In this document: piece after piece, positions 36,457-43,792 of the stretch | How positions within the stretch are numbered: the stretch's first letter is position 1 | How the letters are laid out: the number at the start of each line of letters is the position of its first letter | Source of the DNA: a virus | Lineage: Duplodnaviria > Heunggongvirae > Uroviricota > Caudoviricetes | Direction: 5' to 3' (one strand) | DNA length: 45,428 bases | IMG/VR virus record: IMGVR_UViG_3300006467_000563 | Location: 132,337 to 177,764 of that record | Notes under the pieces: generated by a model | Databases searched by the model: none | The model's input: only the letters and a program-made list of their open reading frames with translations | What the model was told of the DNA's origin: nothing | Translations under genes and position numbers: made by a program

Positions 36457-36975
36457 AATTACTTAGGAAAGTTTAGAAAGTAATTCGGTTCCCGAACCGC
36501 AGGAGTTTGTTAATAAACCTTATTAATTAATTCGATACCGCGACCGCAGGACATTTCTTAAGAAACTTTATTAAATAATCCGGCGTGGGAATTTCTTAGG
36601 AAACTTTATTAACTAACTATGTAATTAGTAAAGTTAATTAAATAATTCGGGAGCGGCAACGGAAAAGTTATTTAGGAAAGTTAATTAAGTAAATCACCTG
36701 TTCACCAAGTGTACGCATGGGCAATTTGTTAGGAAAGTTTACAAACTAATGAATTACTTAAGAAAGTTAATTAAGTATTGAATTACTTAAGAAACCTTAG
36801 AAACTAATAATTACTTAGGAAACTTTATAAACTAAGAAATTTCTTAATAAACATTACTAAATAATTGAACATTGTACATGTATAGTGTACACAAATTTTT
36901 TTATTTCTGTTTTCGTGTACAAACCGTTATATGTATACTACCGGCCAATTACTTAATAAACGTTATTATATAATG
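36457..36975 (+). repeat. Array 1: 12 copies of degenerate 29 bp quasi-palindrome AATTACTTAGGAAA-S-TTTATTAAnTAATT
   Basis: Unit starts 36457, 36504, 36552, 36590, 36619, 36666, 36723, 36752, 36781, 36809, 36838, 36947; GC-rich spacers or abutting. Confidence 0.9.
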
Positions 36976-37027
36976 CAGCAAAAAATGTGCCAAACTCACG
37001 TGAGCAAATTTCATGCCAAAAAAACTA

Positions 37028-37145
37028 GTGTACAAACACCTGTAAATCGCGTGTATGGGCAAACTATTTGTTTTCCGATACAATGCCCGTGAATTCATTA
37101 TAACTCAATACAGGGCATTCTATGCATTCTCAGCCCCATAACGGG
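37028..37145 (+). repeat. ~110 bp dispersed non-coding element, copy B
   Basis: Colinear with 34107-34222. Confidence 0.8.
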
Positions 37146-37246
37146 TGACCAGTGCACAAGTGTGAACAAAATTCCTTTTATATTTATATAGTATATAACT
37201 ATTTCCGGGAATCTTGCTAAAAATAAAAAAACGATTAAAGTATCTA

Positions 37247-37274
37247 TTGCAATCTGCCGGGGATGTGATACAAT
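37247..37274 (+). promoter_or_regulatory. Sigma-70-type promoter with A-rich UP element
   Basis: TTGCAA-16-TACAAT with TGn; homologous to the promoter at 39504. Confidence 0.65.
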
Positions 37275-37344
37275 GCAATGCATGATGAGGTTAACGCAAA
37301 CAAGTTAACTAAACCTGCAAGCGGTTATAACCCGCATGCATGAC

Positions 37345-37356
37345 GTTCTTTGACAA
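37345..37356 (+). promoter_or_regulatory. boxA-like antitermination element
   Basis: GTTCTTTGACAA in a structured 5' leader. Confidence 0.5.
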
Positions 37357-37414
37357 TTTGGTAAAATCTTGAGCCGTAGCGTCCGTTCACCTACTCTTTT
37401 TTGGAGGATGTGCT

Positions 37415-37732
37415 ATGCTGCACACAAGTATAGTTGGCATGAAAAATGGTCTGATTGATATGCTGGACGCGTGTTCAGAAGACAATCTGGCCGAAACATG
37501 TGAACAAGTAATCAGTGCTATACGTCTGACGTCTGGCATGTGGGTTGAGTGTTCATACGGATACAAAGCCGTAGAATTGATGGACAAAATCAACCTAATG
37601 TGTACAGAAGTCATCGAATCTGGTGTACACTATATGAAACGTGACCGTCTGAAAGCCGTGCGGAGTGCATCTGTACAGCTAAGTCAGTTCATGTTCCGTG
37701 CACACCAAAAAAACATGTACGCATGTGTATAG
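37415..37732 (+). CDS. Hypothetical early protein
   Basis: GGAGGA SD. Confidence 0.6.
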   Translation: MLHTSIVGMKNGLIDMLDACSEDNLAETCEQVISAIRLTSGMWVECSYGYKAVELMDKINLMCTEVIESGVHYMKRDRLKAVRSASVQLSQFMFRAHQKNMYACV

Positions 37733-37803
37733 TCTGACCAGTTCGCCAGTCTGGAGAAAACTGGCAATCTTCAAAATACTTTTAAGTTTTTTCTAAAATG
37801 GGG

Positions 37804-37832
37804 TTGACATACAATAGTCAATAGACTATAAT
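37804..37832 (+). promoter_or_regulatory. Perfect consensus sigma-70 promoter
   Basis: TTGACA-17-TATAAT. Confidence 0.9.
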
Positions 37833-37881
37833 CTCCTTAGTCAAGTCACTTTTTTAAACATGCTTTTTAGGAGCAAACACT

Positions 37882-38757
37882 ATGAACGCTACTCAAGAAA
37901 TCCAGAACAAAGTCCGCGAAGCCTTCAATTTCTCTGTTGTCAAGGCCCCCCTGTTTGGACCAGACAACACTCGTACAGGTCTGTCAGGTCTGTTCCGCGA
38001 CGATGATTTTTCACTGGTGGGAAATTCATCTGTGAAGGACCGATACACGCCGCACACTACGGAAGACGTGGTTGCAATCGTCGATGCCGCAAGTGAGGCA
38101 TTTGACGGGGACATTGATATCCAGTGCAATTTCAAGCATGGACATTACGTCACCATCGCACCAAGTCTGGATTATCGTAAACAGATTTACGGTACTGACA
38201 TCGTATTCCCCCGGCTGCTGGTTAACGCATCCTACGATGGACGTGCATTTCGGGCAACTATGGGCATGTATCGTGATATGTGCCGAAACATGATGATGAT
38301 GCGTCAAGTGAACCAGACAAGTCAGGCAATCCGCCATACGTCCGGCTTGCGTGACAAAATGGATGAACTTATCCAGACCTTTTCGGTTCTCCGCGAGTCA
38401 TGGGACAATATCGGGGACGCAATCGACCACATGAACGAACGTAAGGTCGATGTACGCCAGTTCATTATGGGGCTGTACGGTACTCCGAATGAAAATTCCA
38501 GCAAGTCGGTTACCATGCATGAAAAACGCATGGAAGCCATTCTGACGCGGCTCCGCGATGAATCCCGCAAGTGCGGTCTTGATAACCCGCTGGTAACCGG
38601 CGAAACTAACGGATGGCTGATGTACAATGCCGTTCAGGGATACGCTCAACATGATTCCATCCGGCGTAAGGATACGACTGATTTTGAGAAAATCCTGTCG
38701 AGCCATGACGATAAATTCGTGAAGGAGGCAGAACGGCTGCTGCTGGCCGCTGTTTAA
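37882..38757 (+). CDS. DUF932-family phage/plasmid protein
   Basis: VKDRYTPH, LLVNASYDG, YRDMCRNM, IRHT, WLMYNAVQGY match the DUF932/TIGR03299 pattern. Confidence 0.8.
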   Translation: MNATQEIQNKVREAFNFSVVKAPLFGPDNTRTGLSGLFRDDDFSLVGNSSVKDRYTPHTTEDVVAIVDAASEAFDGDIDIQCNFKHGHYVTIAPSLDYRKQIYGTDIVFPRLLVNASYDGRAFRATMGMYRDMCRNMMMMRQVNQTSQAIRHTSGLRDKMDELIQTFSVLRESWDNIGDAIDHMNERKVDVRQFIMGLYGTPNENSSKSVTMHEKRMEAILTRLRDESRKCGLDNPLVTGETNGWLMYNAVQGYAQHDSIRRKDTTDFEKILSSHDDKFVKEAERLLLAAV

Positions 38758-38763
38758 CCCTCT

Positions 38764-38793
38764 GGGGGGAGAAATCCCCCCTCTTTTCTTTTC
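38764..38793 (+). terminator. Intrinsic terminator
   Basis: GGGGGA-GAAA-TCCCCC then T-rich tract. Confidence 0.7.
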
Positions 38794-38819
38794 TTCATGT
38801 TTCTATTGAGGTTTTACCG

Positions 38820-38975
38820 ATGAACCGATACACAAAATACGCTCGCTCGTTTGGCTGGTCTGGCATGCCAGTTTACGTCGTCAATGGTCTGGTCTATTTC
38901 AATTACCGCATGCGGGGTGAGGGAATCGACTGGTTTGAGTTTATGGATGATGTACGTGGGGGCCGAACTAACTAA
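38820..38975 (+). CDS. Small hypothetical protein (51 aa)
   Basis: Not in ORF track; GAGGT SD; MNRYTKYARSFGWSGMPVYVV... Confidence 0.55.
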   Translation: MNRYTKYARSFGWSGMPVYVVNGLVYFNYRMRGEGIDWFEFMDDVRGGRTN

Positions 38976-38993
38976 GTAATCAAGATTGTATTT

Positions 38994-39027
38994 ACCGTCT
39001 ATCCCTTTTGGGGTAGGCGGTTTTTTT
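38994..39027 (+). terminator. Intrinsic terminator
   Basis: ACCGTCTATCCC-TTTT-GGGGTAGGCGGT then T run. Confidence 0.85.
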
Positions 39028-39150
39028 ACGTACATAGAAAAGCGATAGACGGGCCTATACGCGTCCGCTTTGAATTGCTGTCCCTTTTATCATGCCAGAC
39101 CGCAAACGCTCGCTACGCTTTAATGACGGGCCTATCTGGTGACCTTTGAA

Positions 39151-39235
39151 ACATGGCTTGTCACGGCTTGACAAGCCGTGTAGCCTGTATGCACATAGTT
39201 AGCTAGTTAGTCGTTTTTGTGTTCGCCGCAGGGGG
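39151..39235 (+). repeat. Array leader copy 2
   Basis: ACATGGCTTGTCA...TGACAAGCCGTGT hairpin, ATGCACATAGTTAGC, GCCGCAGGGGG. Confidence 0.75.
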
Positions 39236-39457
39236 AATTTGTTAGGAAAGTTTATTAAATAAGTACTTAATTAAGAAAGTTTAGAAAGTATCTCCAGAGC
39301 TGTTGCTGCAAGTTTACTTAGGAAAGTTTACTAATTAATTCGAGTCCGACTGTGGAATTATTTAGGAAAGTTTATTAACTATCTAATTACTTAGGAAGAT
39401 TTATTAAGTAATTTCGTTCACCAAACGGAATTTGTTAGTAAGGTTTCTTAACTAAGT
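39236..39457 (+). repeat. Array 2: 6 copies of the 29 bp quasi-palindrome
   Basis: Unit starts 39236, 39265, 39312, 39356, 39385, 39429. Confidence 0.9.
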
Positions 39458-39503
39458 GTACATTCCCATTATTGAGAAATATAGAAAAACGATTAAAGTA
39501 GAC

Positions 39504-39531
39504 TTGTAATCCTGTCGGGGCGTGCTATAAT
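39504..39531 (+). promoter_or_regulatory. Sigma-70-type promoter
   Basis: TTGTAA-16-TATAAT with TGn; upstream AAAAACGATTAAAGTA shared with the 37247 promoter. Confidence 0.7.
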
Positions 39532-39569
39532 GCATATATCACTGGAACATAACACTAAAGGATAAAATC

Positions 39570-39731
39570 ATGGATAAACCATTACTTGAGGTAAAGGGCT
39601 TTTTTGGCCAGTGGCTGGTCTGCTGTTCAGGTGCTATCCTGTTCATGGAAGTGTACGAACGTGAAGGGTATACGCTCAGCCATGATAGCTCTCTCTCTAC
39701 TATGAAAGATTTACTTTTAGCAGGATTCTAA
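39570..39731 (+). CDS. Small hypothetical protein (53 aa)
   Basis: Not in ORF track; AAGGA SD; MDKPLLEVKGFFGQWLV... Confidence 0.55.
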   Translation: MDKPLLEVKGFFGQWLVCCSGAILFMEVYEREGYTLSHDSSLSTMKDLLLAGF

Positions 39732-39733
39732 AC

Positions 39734-39997
39734 ATGGAAATTGTTGGTGTACTAGTACACGACTGGGTTGACGGGGAACGTGTTCAGAATGATTCCTTGA
39801 CTAAAGTATGGGGAATCGGTTCAAGTCGTGATGTAAGTATCGTCGAAGCGGAGCAATATTTTGTGTCGCTCCTGAACAAGCACGACCTTGATAGTGCTAT
39901 TGTAGAGTATTATCTTGAAAAGGGTTTTTACTACTGTCCAAAAGCGGAGCGGAGATACTTTTTTATCAATTGTAAGCTGGAAGAGGTTACTTCTTAA
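39734..39997 (+). CDS. Hypothetical early protein
   Basis: Coupled ORF. Confidence 0.55.
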   Translation: MEIVGVLVHDWVDGERVQNDSLTKVWGIGSSRDVSIVEAEQYFVSLLNKHDLDSAIVEYYLEKGFYYCPKAERRYFFINCKLEEVTS

Positions 39998-40026
39998 AAA
40001 TGCAGAAAAAAAGATAGGGGGCGGGT

Positions 40027-40055
40027 TTGACTCTCCCCTATCACTCTGCTATACT
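40027..40055 (+). promoter_or_regulatory. Sigma-70-type promoter
   Basis: TTGACT-17-TATACT with TGn. Confidence 0.75.
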
Positions 40056-40093
40056 TCAATCATACAATTAACCATCTAATAAGGGGTAAGTAA

Positions 40094-40288
40094 ATGGCTC
40101 GTGTTACACTGAAAACAGTATTGTATCACGCTGAGCAGTGGGGTGTTCAGGTGCAGGAAATTGGCCATCGTCGCTGGGAAGTGTCCCATCCTAATGTACA
40201 GGGCATGACTGGCGAAGTGGACAATGTACAGGACCTGTGGAGCGAAGTATACGACTTTGCAAGAATGGCCGGAAAAGTGGAGGAATAG
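40094..40288 (+). CDS. Hypothetical early protein
   Basis: AAGGGG SD, own promoter. Confidence 0.6.
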   Translation: MARVTLKTVLYHAEQWGVQVQEIGHRRWEVSHPNVQGMTGEVDNVQDLWSEVYDFARMAGKVEE

Positions 40289-40290
40289 GG

Positions 40291-40319
40291 TTGACGCCCT
40301 ATTTTTTCCCTGCTATACT
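40291..40319 (+). promoter_or_regulatory. Sigma-70-type promoter
   Basis: TTGACG-17-TATACT; near copy of the 40027 promoter. Confidence 0.75.
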
Positions 40320-40358
40320 TCAAGCATAACTGAAACATTTCTCATAAGGGACAAAGTA

Positions 40359-40700
40359 ATGGCGTTTGAGTATACAGATACTTCTATCAAGATTGCAATT
40401 GACCGTGATTCGTCTGTTAAGACTCATCAGATGTTTATCCATCACAGCGGCGGTTCTCGCGAAAAGGCATACCTGTTCTGTGTTGAATTGTTTCATCCAG
40501 AAACTCTGTGCACACATGCTCCTATCTATGTTCTGGCTGAGGACACCGAAGGAGCTATCCATCAGGCAACCTGCGTAAATGGTGAATTTGATAGCAAAAT
40601 GTATGATGGTGGTGGTGAATTCAGCACGACTGTATTAAAGGAATCCTCAGTAAAGCGTCTCCATCTGGCCATTCGCGGCTGGGGTGGTCAACAGTTCTAA
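40359..40700 (+). CDS. Hypothetical early protein
   Basis: Start moved to MAFEYT behind AAGGGA and the promoter. Confidence 0.6.
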   Translation: MAFEYTDTSIKIAIDRDSSVKTHQMFIHHSGGSREKAYLFCVELFHPETLCTHAPIYVLAEDTEGAIHQATCVNGEFDSKMYDGGGEFSTTVLKESSVKRLHLAIRGWGGQQF

Positions 40701-40803
40701 CATAACTCTATGTCCAAAGGGTACTAGGTAAGGTTTAAAGAGGAAGAACGCCATCTTCCCGCCCGCTTTCTTCATTTAGTAATTCTTGATTTAGGAGAGA
40801 GAC

Positions 40804-41154
40804 ATGTTATCACCAGAAAGAGCAGCACTACTGCGAAAAAATAAACCAAACATTGCAGCATATCAAAAACGGGCAATCGGTGATTCTGCTGATATGTTCG
40901 ACTGTAAATACAAATACGAAGATGGTTCTGTCTGTGCTGCGTCGGCGTGCTTCACAGATGCGGAGAGAGAACTGGTTTTCCTGATTGACAATGATGCACC
41001 AATAGACGAACATCAACGCACACTGAAGTTATCAGACGATGAATTGACCACACTAGGAAATCTGCAAAGTGCTCATGACGCATATATGCAAAACGGATGC
41101 AACAAGAATTTCAATCACTTCGATGAACTAGTGAAGGATGTATTAGGCGAATAA
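40804..41154 (+). CDS. Phage early protein (CxY..DG..CA...LQxxHD family)
   Basis: CKYKYEDGSVCAASAC...LQSAHD; paralog of 43793..44122. Confidence 0.6.
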   Translation: MLSPERAALLRKNKPNIAAYQKRAIGDSADMFDCKYKYEDGSVCAASACFTDAERELVFLIDNDAPIDEHQRTLKLSDDELTTLGNLQSAHDAYMQNGCNKNFNHFDELVKDVLGE

Positions 41155-41172
41155 TACAAACAACAACAATCT

Positions 41173-41207
41173 ATCCTCTTGCCTGTAATGGGTAAGGGGA
41201 TTTTTTT
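41173..41207 (+). terminator. Intrinsic terminator
   Basis: ATCCTCTTGCC-loop-GGTAAGGGGAT then T run. Confidence 0.8.
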
Positions 41208-41236
41208 ACGCCTACTCTTTTTTCTCTTGCTGAATA

Positions 41237-41318
41237 GCCGTTGTCATGCGATAACCAACGGCATAGCGATTCCGCAGATAGTTAGCGAGTTAGCAGTATT
41301 CTATCTGGCGGCGGGGGG
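41237..41318 (+). repeat. Array leader copy 3
   Basis: GCCGTTG...CAACGGC hairpin, GCAGATAGTTAGCGAGTTAGC, GGCGGCGGGGGG. Confidence 0.7.
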
Positions 41319-41525
41319 ATTTTCTTAGGAAACTTTACTAACTAATTCGGTAGGCACAACGGCGAAATAATTAGGAAACCTTACTAACTAAATATGGACG
41401 ACGTAGGATTTATTTAGGAAACTTTAGAAAATAAATCGAGAGTGAGAAAGCAAAAATTGTTAGTAAACTTTATTAACTAATTTTGTGAACGCATGTATTT
41501 TTTTAGTAAACTTTCTTAAGTACTG
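41319..41525 (+). repeat. Array 3: 5 copies of the 29 bp quasi-palindrome
   Basis: Unit starts 41319, 41365, 41408, 41454, 41497; spacers 14-17 nt; orphan copy near 41885-41913. Confidence 0.9.
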
Positions 41526-42164
41526 TTCATTGATGCACTTATGGAAAATATATGTACACTGAACGTTAGCCACTAGTGAAAATCCCATCTTTTTATCGTT
41601 TCTATATGTTGCTTTTGTGGCGAAAGTATCAAAAATTGCTGTTGAGTGTATTCGGGGTATCCCTAGTATACAAAAAACATATAAACCGCCTATACATGTT
41701 GAAAAAACGAAATGTGCAGGTGTACGAAAAATGGATGATTTTTGCCTGAAATAGTGTCATGGGTTAACTATTTTCTGTGATTTGCCCCATTTTTTCCTGC
41801 TGAACATTTGAAAAGTGAACATTTTTTTACTCGTGAGGACCTGTCTATGGTGATTTTTTGATGAGTAGTGTACAATTTTTGGAGGATTTTTTAGTAAACT
41901 TTAGAAAATAACAAGCGTTTGGTGCATAAATAGTAGTGTTTCGGTAGTCAAGAGGTGTGGAAGACTGTATTTCAAAACTATACCCCCGTTCCCAAGCGTC
42001 AGCTTGTGTATAGTATTCTTTATAATTATATTATGTATAGTTCTTATATGTATAGGTGATAAATCTATGTATATAGTGCCCTATTTTCACTACTGTTCAG
42101 TGTATTATTAAATAATCAGGAAAGTATATAAATCGTAGGCTTAAATCGATATTTGTACACATAC

Positions 42165-42257
42165 GCTAGAAGGCTCTCAGAGGCGTTTTAATGCATTATT
42201 ATTTTCTACGGTATAATCTACGGACTAAGCAGAGAAACGCACACACAAGCGAAGCAG
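42165..42257 (-). repeat. ~110 bp dispersed element, copy C (inverted, diverged)
   Basis: Aligns to reverse complement of copy A: GCTAGAA..CTC..AGA..CG..TAATGCATT...GGTAT...CGGA...GC.GAGAA.CG..CACA...GCGAA..CAG. Confidence 0.6.
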
Positions 42258-42359
42258 GGAGCCAGAAACAATACAACAACGATAACGAGATAATTCTAGC
42301 TTATTTATTTATTAGCAGAGAAAAAAGGGCGAATAATTCACAATTCTTTCTGATTAGGC

Positions 42360-42388
42360 TTGACAATAGATTGTATGGTTGGTAAGCT
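42360..42388 (+). promoter_or_regulatory. Sigma-70-type promoter, probably leaderless transcript
   Basis: TTGACA-17-TAAGCT, ATG 6 nt downstream. Confidence 0.7.
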
Positions 42389-42394
42389 ACCATT

Positions 42395-42625
42395 ATGAAA
42401 ACACGAGACATCACAACAGAAGAGAGAACCGAGCTGGATACGGCTTGGAATAAATATCACAAGACTGTAGATGAACTGCACAAAAATCAGCCTAACGACT
42501 GGCCAAAAAAACTTGATGCCGCGTATGCTGAATATAAAGAAACCATGAATGCATTAAACATCATATCTACTCTTGCAGGTTACAGGGTAAAAATTGAATG
42601 TTCAGAAAAATCCTCTGCTGGCTAG
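42395..42625 (+). CDS. Hypothetical early protein
   Basis: Directly behind promoter. Confidence 0.55.
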   Translation: MKTRDITTEERTELDTAWNKYHKTVDELHKNQPNDWPKKLDAAYAEYKETMNALNIISTLAGYRVKIECSEKSSAG

Positions 42626-42743
42626 GCTGGCATAAATGGAATGATTGCGGCTGGATACGATACTGCAATCACTGCAAGCTATCACAACATTTTCACGTTC
42701 ATGAAGAAATCATAATTCATGGACAAGTGTATTATGAAGGAAA

Positions 42744-43289
42744 ATGGGAGAATCGCACGTGAGAGAAGTCACAAAAACATTCAAAATACTAAAGTATGAT
42801 GAATTGTCTGATGAAGCGAAACAGGCAATCCGTGACCGATGGCAAGCGGCTGACGGTTATACATTCGCCACAGAAGCAATGGAAAGCCTGAATACTCTTG
42901 CGATGTATTTTGGTGGAAAAGTCAAAGATTACCAAATTGACTTTTTTGACGCATACTGTCCTTCTTGGTGTATTTTTGAGATGCCAGAACGAGATGCGGA
43001 AGACATTGCAGAATTATTAGAGGAACTAGGCACATATAACCCGGAAACATTACACGGGCTTGGTGATTGTGTATTGACTGGTGTCTGTTGTGATGAATGG
43101 CTAATTGACGGCTTTCGTGAAGCATGGCACACTGGACAACGTAATCTTAACCATTTAATGAGCAAAGCATTCGACAACTGGCTAAAAATGTGTCAAGAGG
43201 ATTGCGAGTATTCGTATTCTGATGAATGTATGTCTGAAACATGCGAAGCGAACTACTACGAATTTTATGAAGATGGAACAATCTTCTAA
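42744..43289 (+). CDS. Conserved mobile-element protein (YxELSDEAK...EANxYEFxEDG family)
   Basis: Family often labelled antitoxin of toxin-antitoxin stability system in annotations; function not established. Confidence 0.65.
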   Translation: MGESHVREVTKTFKILKYDELSDEAKQAIRDRWQAADGYTFATEAMESLNTLAMYFGGKVKDYQIDFFDAYCPSWCIFEMPERDAEDIAELLEELGTYNPETLHGLGDCVLTGVCCDEWLIDGFREAWHTGQRNLNHLMSKAFDNWLKMCQEDCEYSYSDECMSETCEANYYEFYEDGTIF

Positions 43290-43306
43290 AAACTGACGAA
43301 ACAGGC

Positions 43307-43334
43307 TTGACACACACACGAAAATGTAGATAAT
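43307..43334 (+). promoter_or_regulatory. Sigma-70-type promoter upstream of a non-coding structured region
   Basis: TTGACA-16-GATAAT. Confidence 0.55.
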
Positions 43335-43336
43335 AG

Positions 43337-43585
43337 AGACTCAGACATGAAGGTTATCCTTTAGAAAAGCAAATAATGAAGGGAGCGAGCCATGTAACAC
43401 GCGGGAGAAAGTCTCGCAGCGACTGGGAATCGAAAGTTGGTGCCGTCTGACCGGGAAACTGCTTATGCTGAAACTGCTTAGACGGCGCCTTTTAATCATG
43501 AGTATATTTTAAGAGGGGCTGTATTAGGTAGGTCGGTCTTTATCTTCTAGCCTACATGAACATTTAGACTGCTAATACAGTCCCA
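43337..43585 (+). ncRNA. Candidate structured non-coding RNA
   Basis: No ORF of 60 aa or more; stems GCGGGA/TCTCGC, GGTGCCGTCTGA/TTAGACGGCGCC, GGGGCTGTATTAG/CTAATACAGTCCC with G-U pairs. Confidence 0.5.
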
Positions 43586-43618
43586 TTGAAAGTATATTCT
43601 TACTCTTATAAGGAAAGT

Positions 43619-43789
43619 ATGATGCAAGAAGAGAAAAATAGACTCCTGAGATATGCATTGCTTGTAGGCCATGAAGGAAATTGGCTTGCTAATGGTGAGG
43701 ATTGTATTCCCGCATTAAATTCATTACAGTCTGACGGACTGATTGAGCGGGATGAAACAGGTAAAAAGTGGCGTCTAATCATAGGGTGA
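43619..43789 (+). CDS. Small winged-helix-like protein
   Basis: ALNSLQSDGLIERDETGKKWRL; AAGGA SD before MMQEEK. Confidence 0.45.
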   Translation: MMQEEKNRLLRYALLVGHEGNWLANGEDCIPALNSLQSDGLIERDETGKKWRLIIG

Positions 43790-43792
43790 ATA

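Noticed and set aside
36457-36866. Strict 9.5 bp quantisation of repeat spacing (29, 38, 47, 57)
   Set aside because: Arrays 2 and 3 show 43, 44 and 46, which break the pattern
36457-36975. dif/Xer-type recombination sites
   Set aside because: Similar length, but no XerD arm TTATGTTAAAT, a near-symmetric core and no recombinase in the window
37280-37320. Hammerhead ribozyme (ATGATGAG-stem-TAAAC)
   Set aside because: Core should be CUGAnGA...GAAA; both conserved elements are altered
36457-41525. Canonical CRISPR arrays
   Set aside because: Repeats too degenerate, spacers 0-28 nt and often absent, no cas genes in the window; reported as a different repeat system
36457-41525. TIGR-type dual-spacer array
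   Set aside because: No fixed 36 nt period, no alternating edge/loop repeats and no Nop-domain protein seen
43337-43585. tRNA or tmRNA gene
   Set aside because: No T-loop GTTCRA, cloverleaf or acceptor-stem ends found by eye
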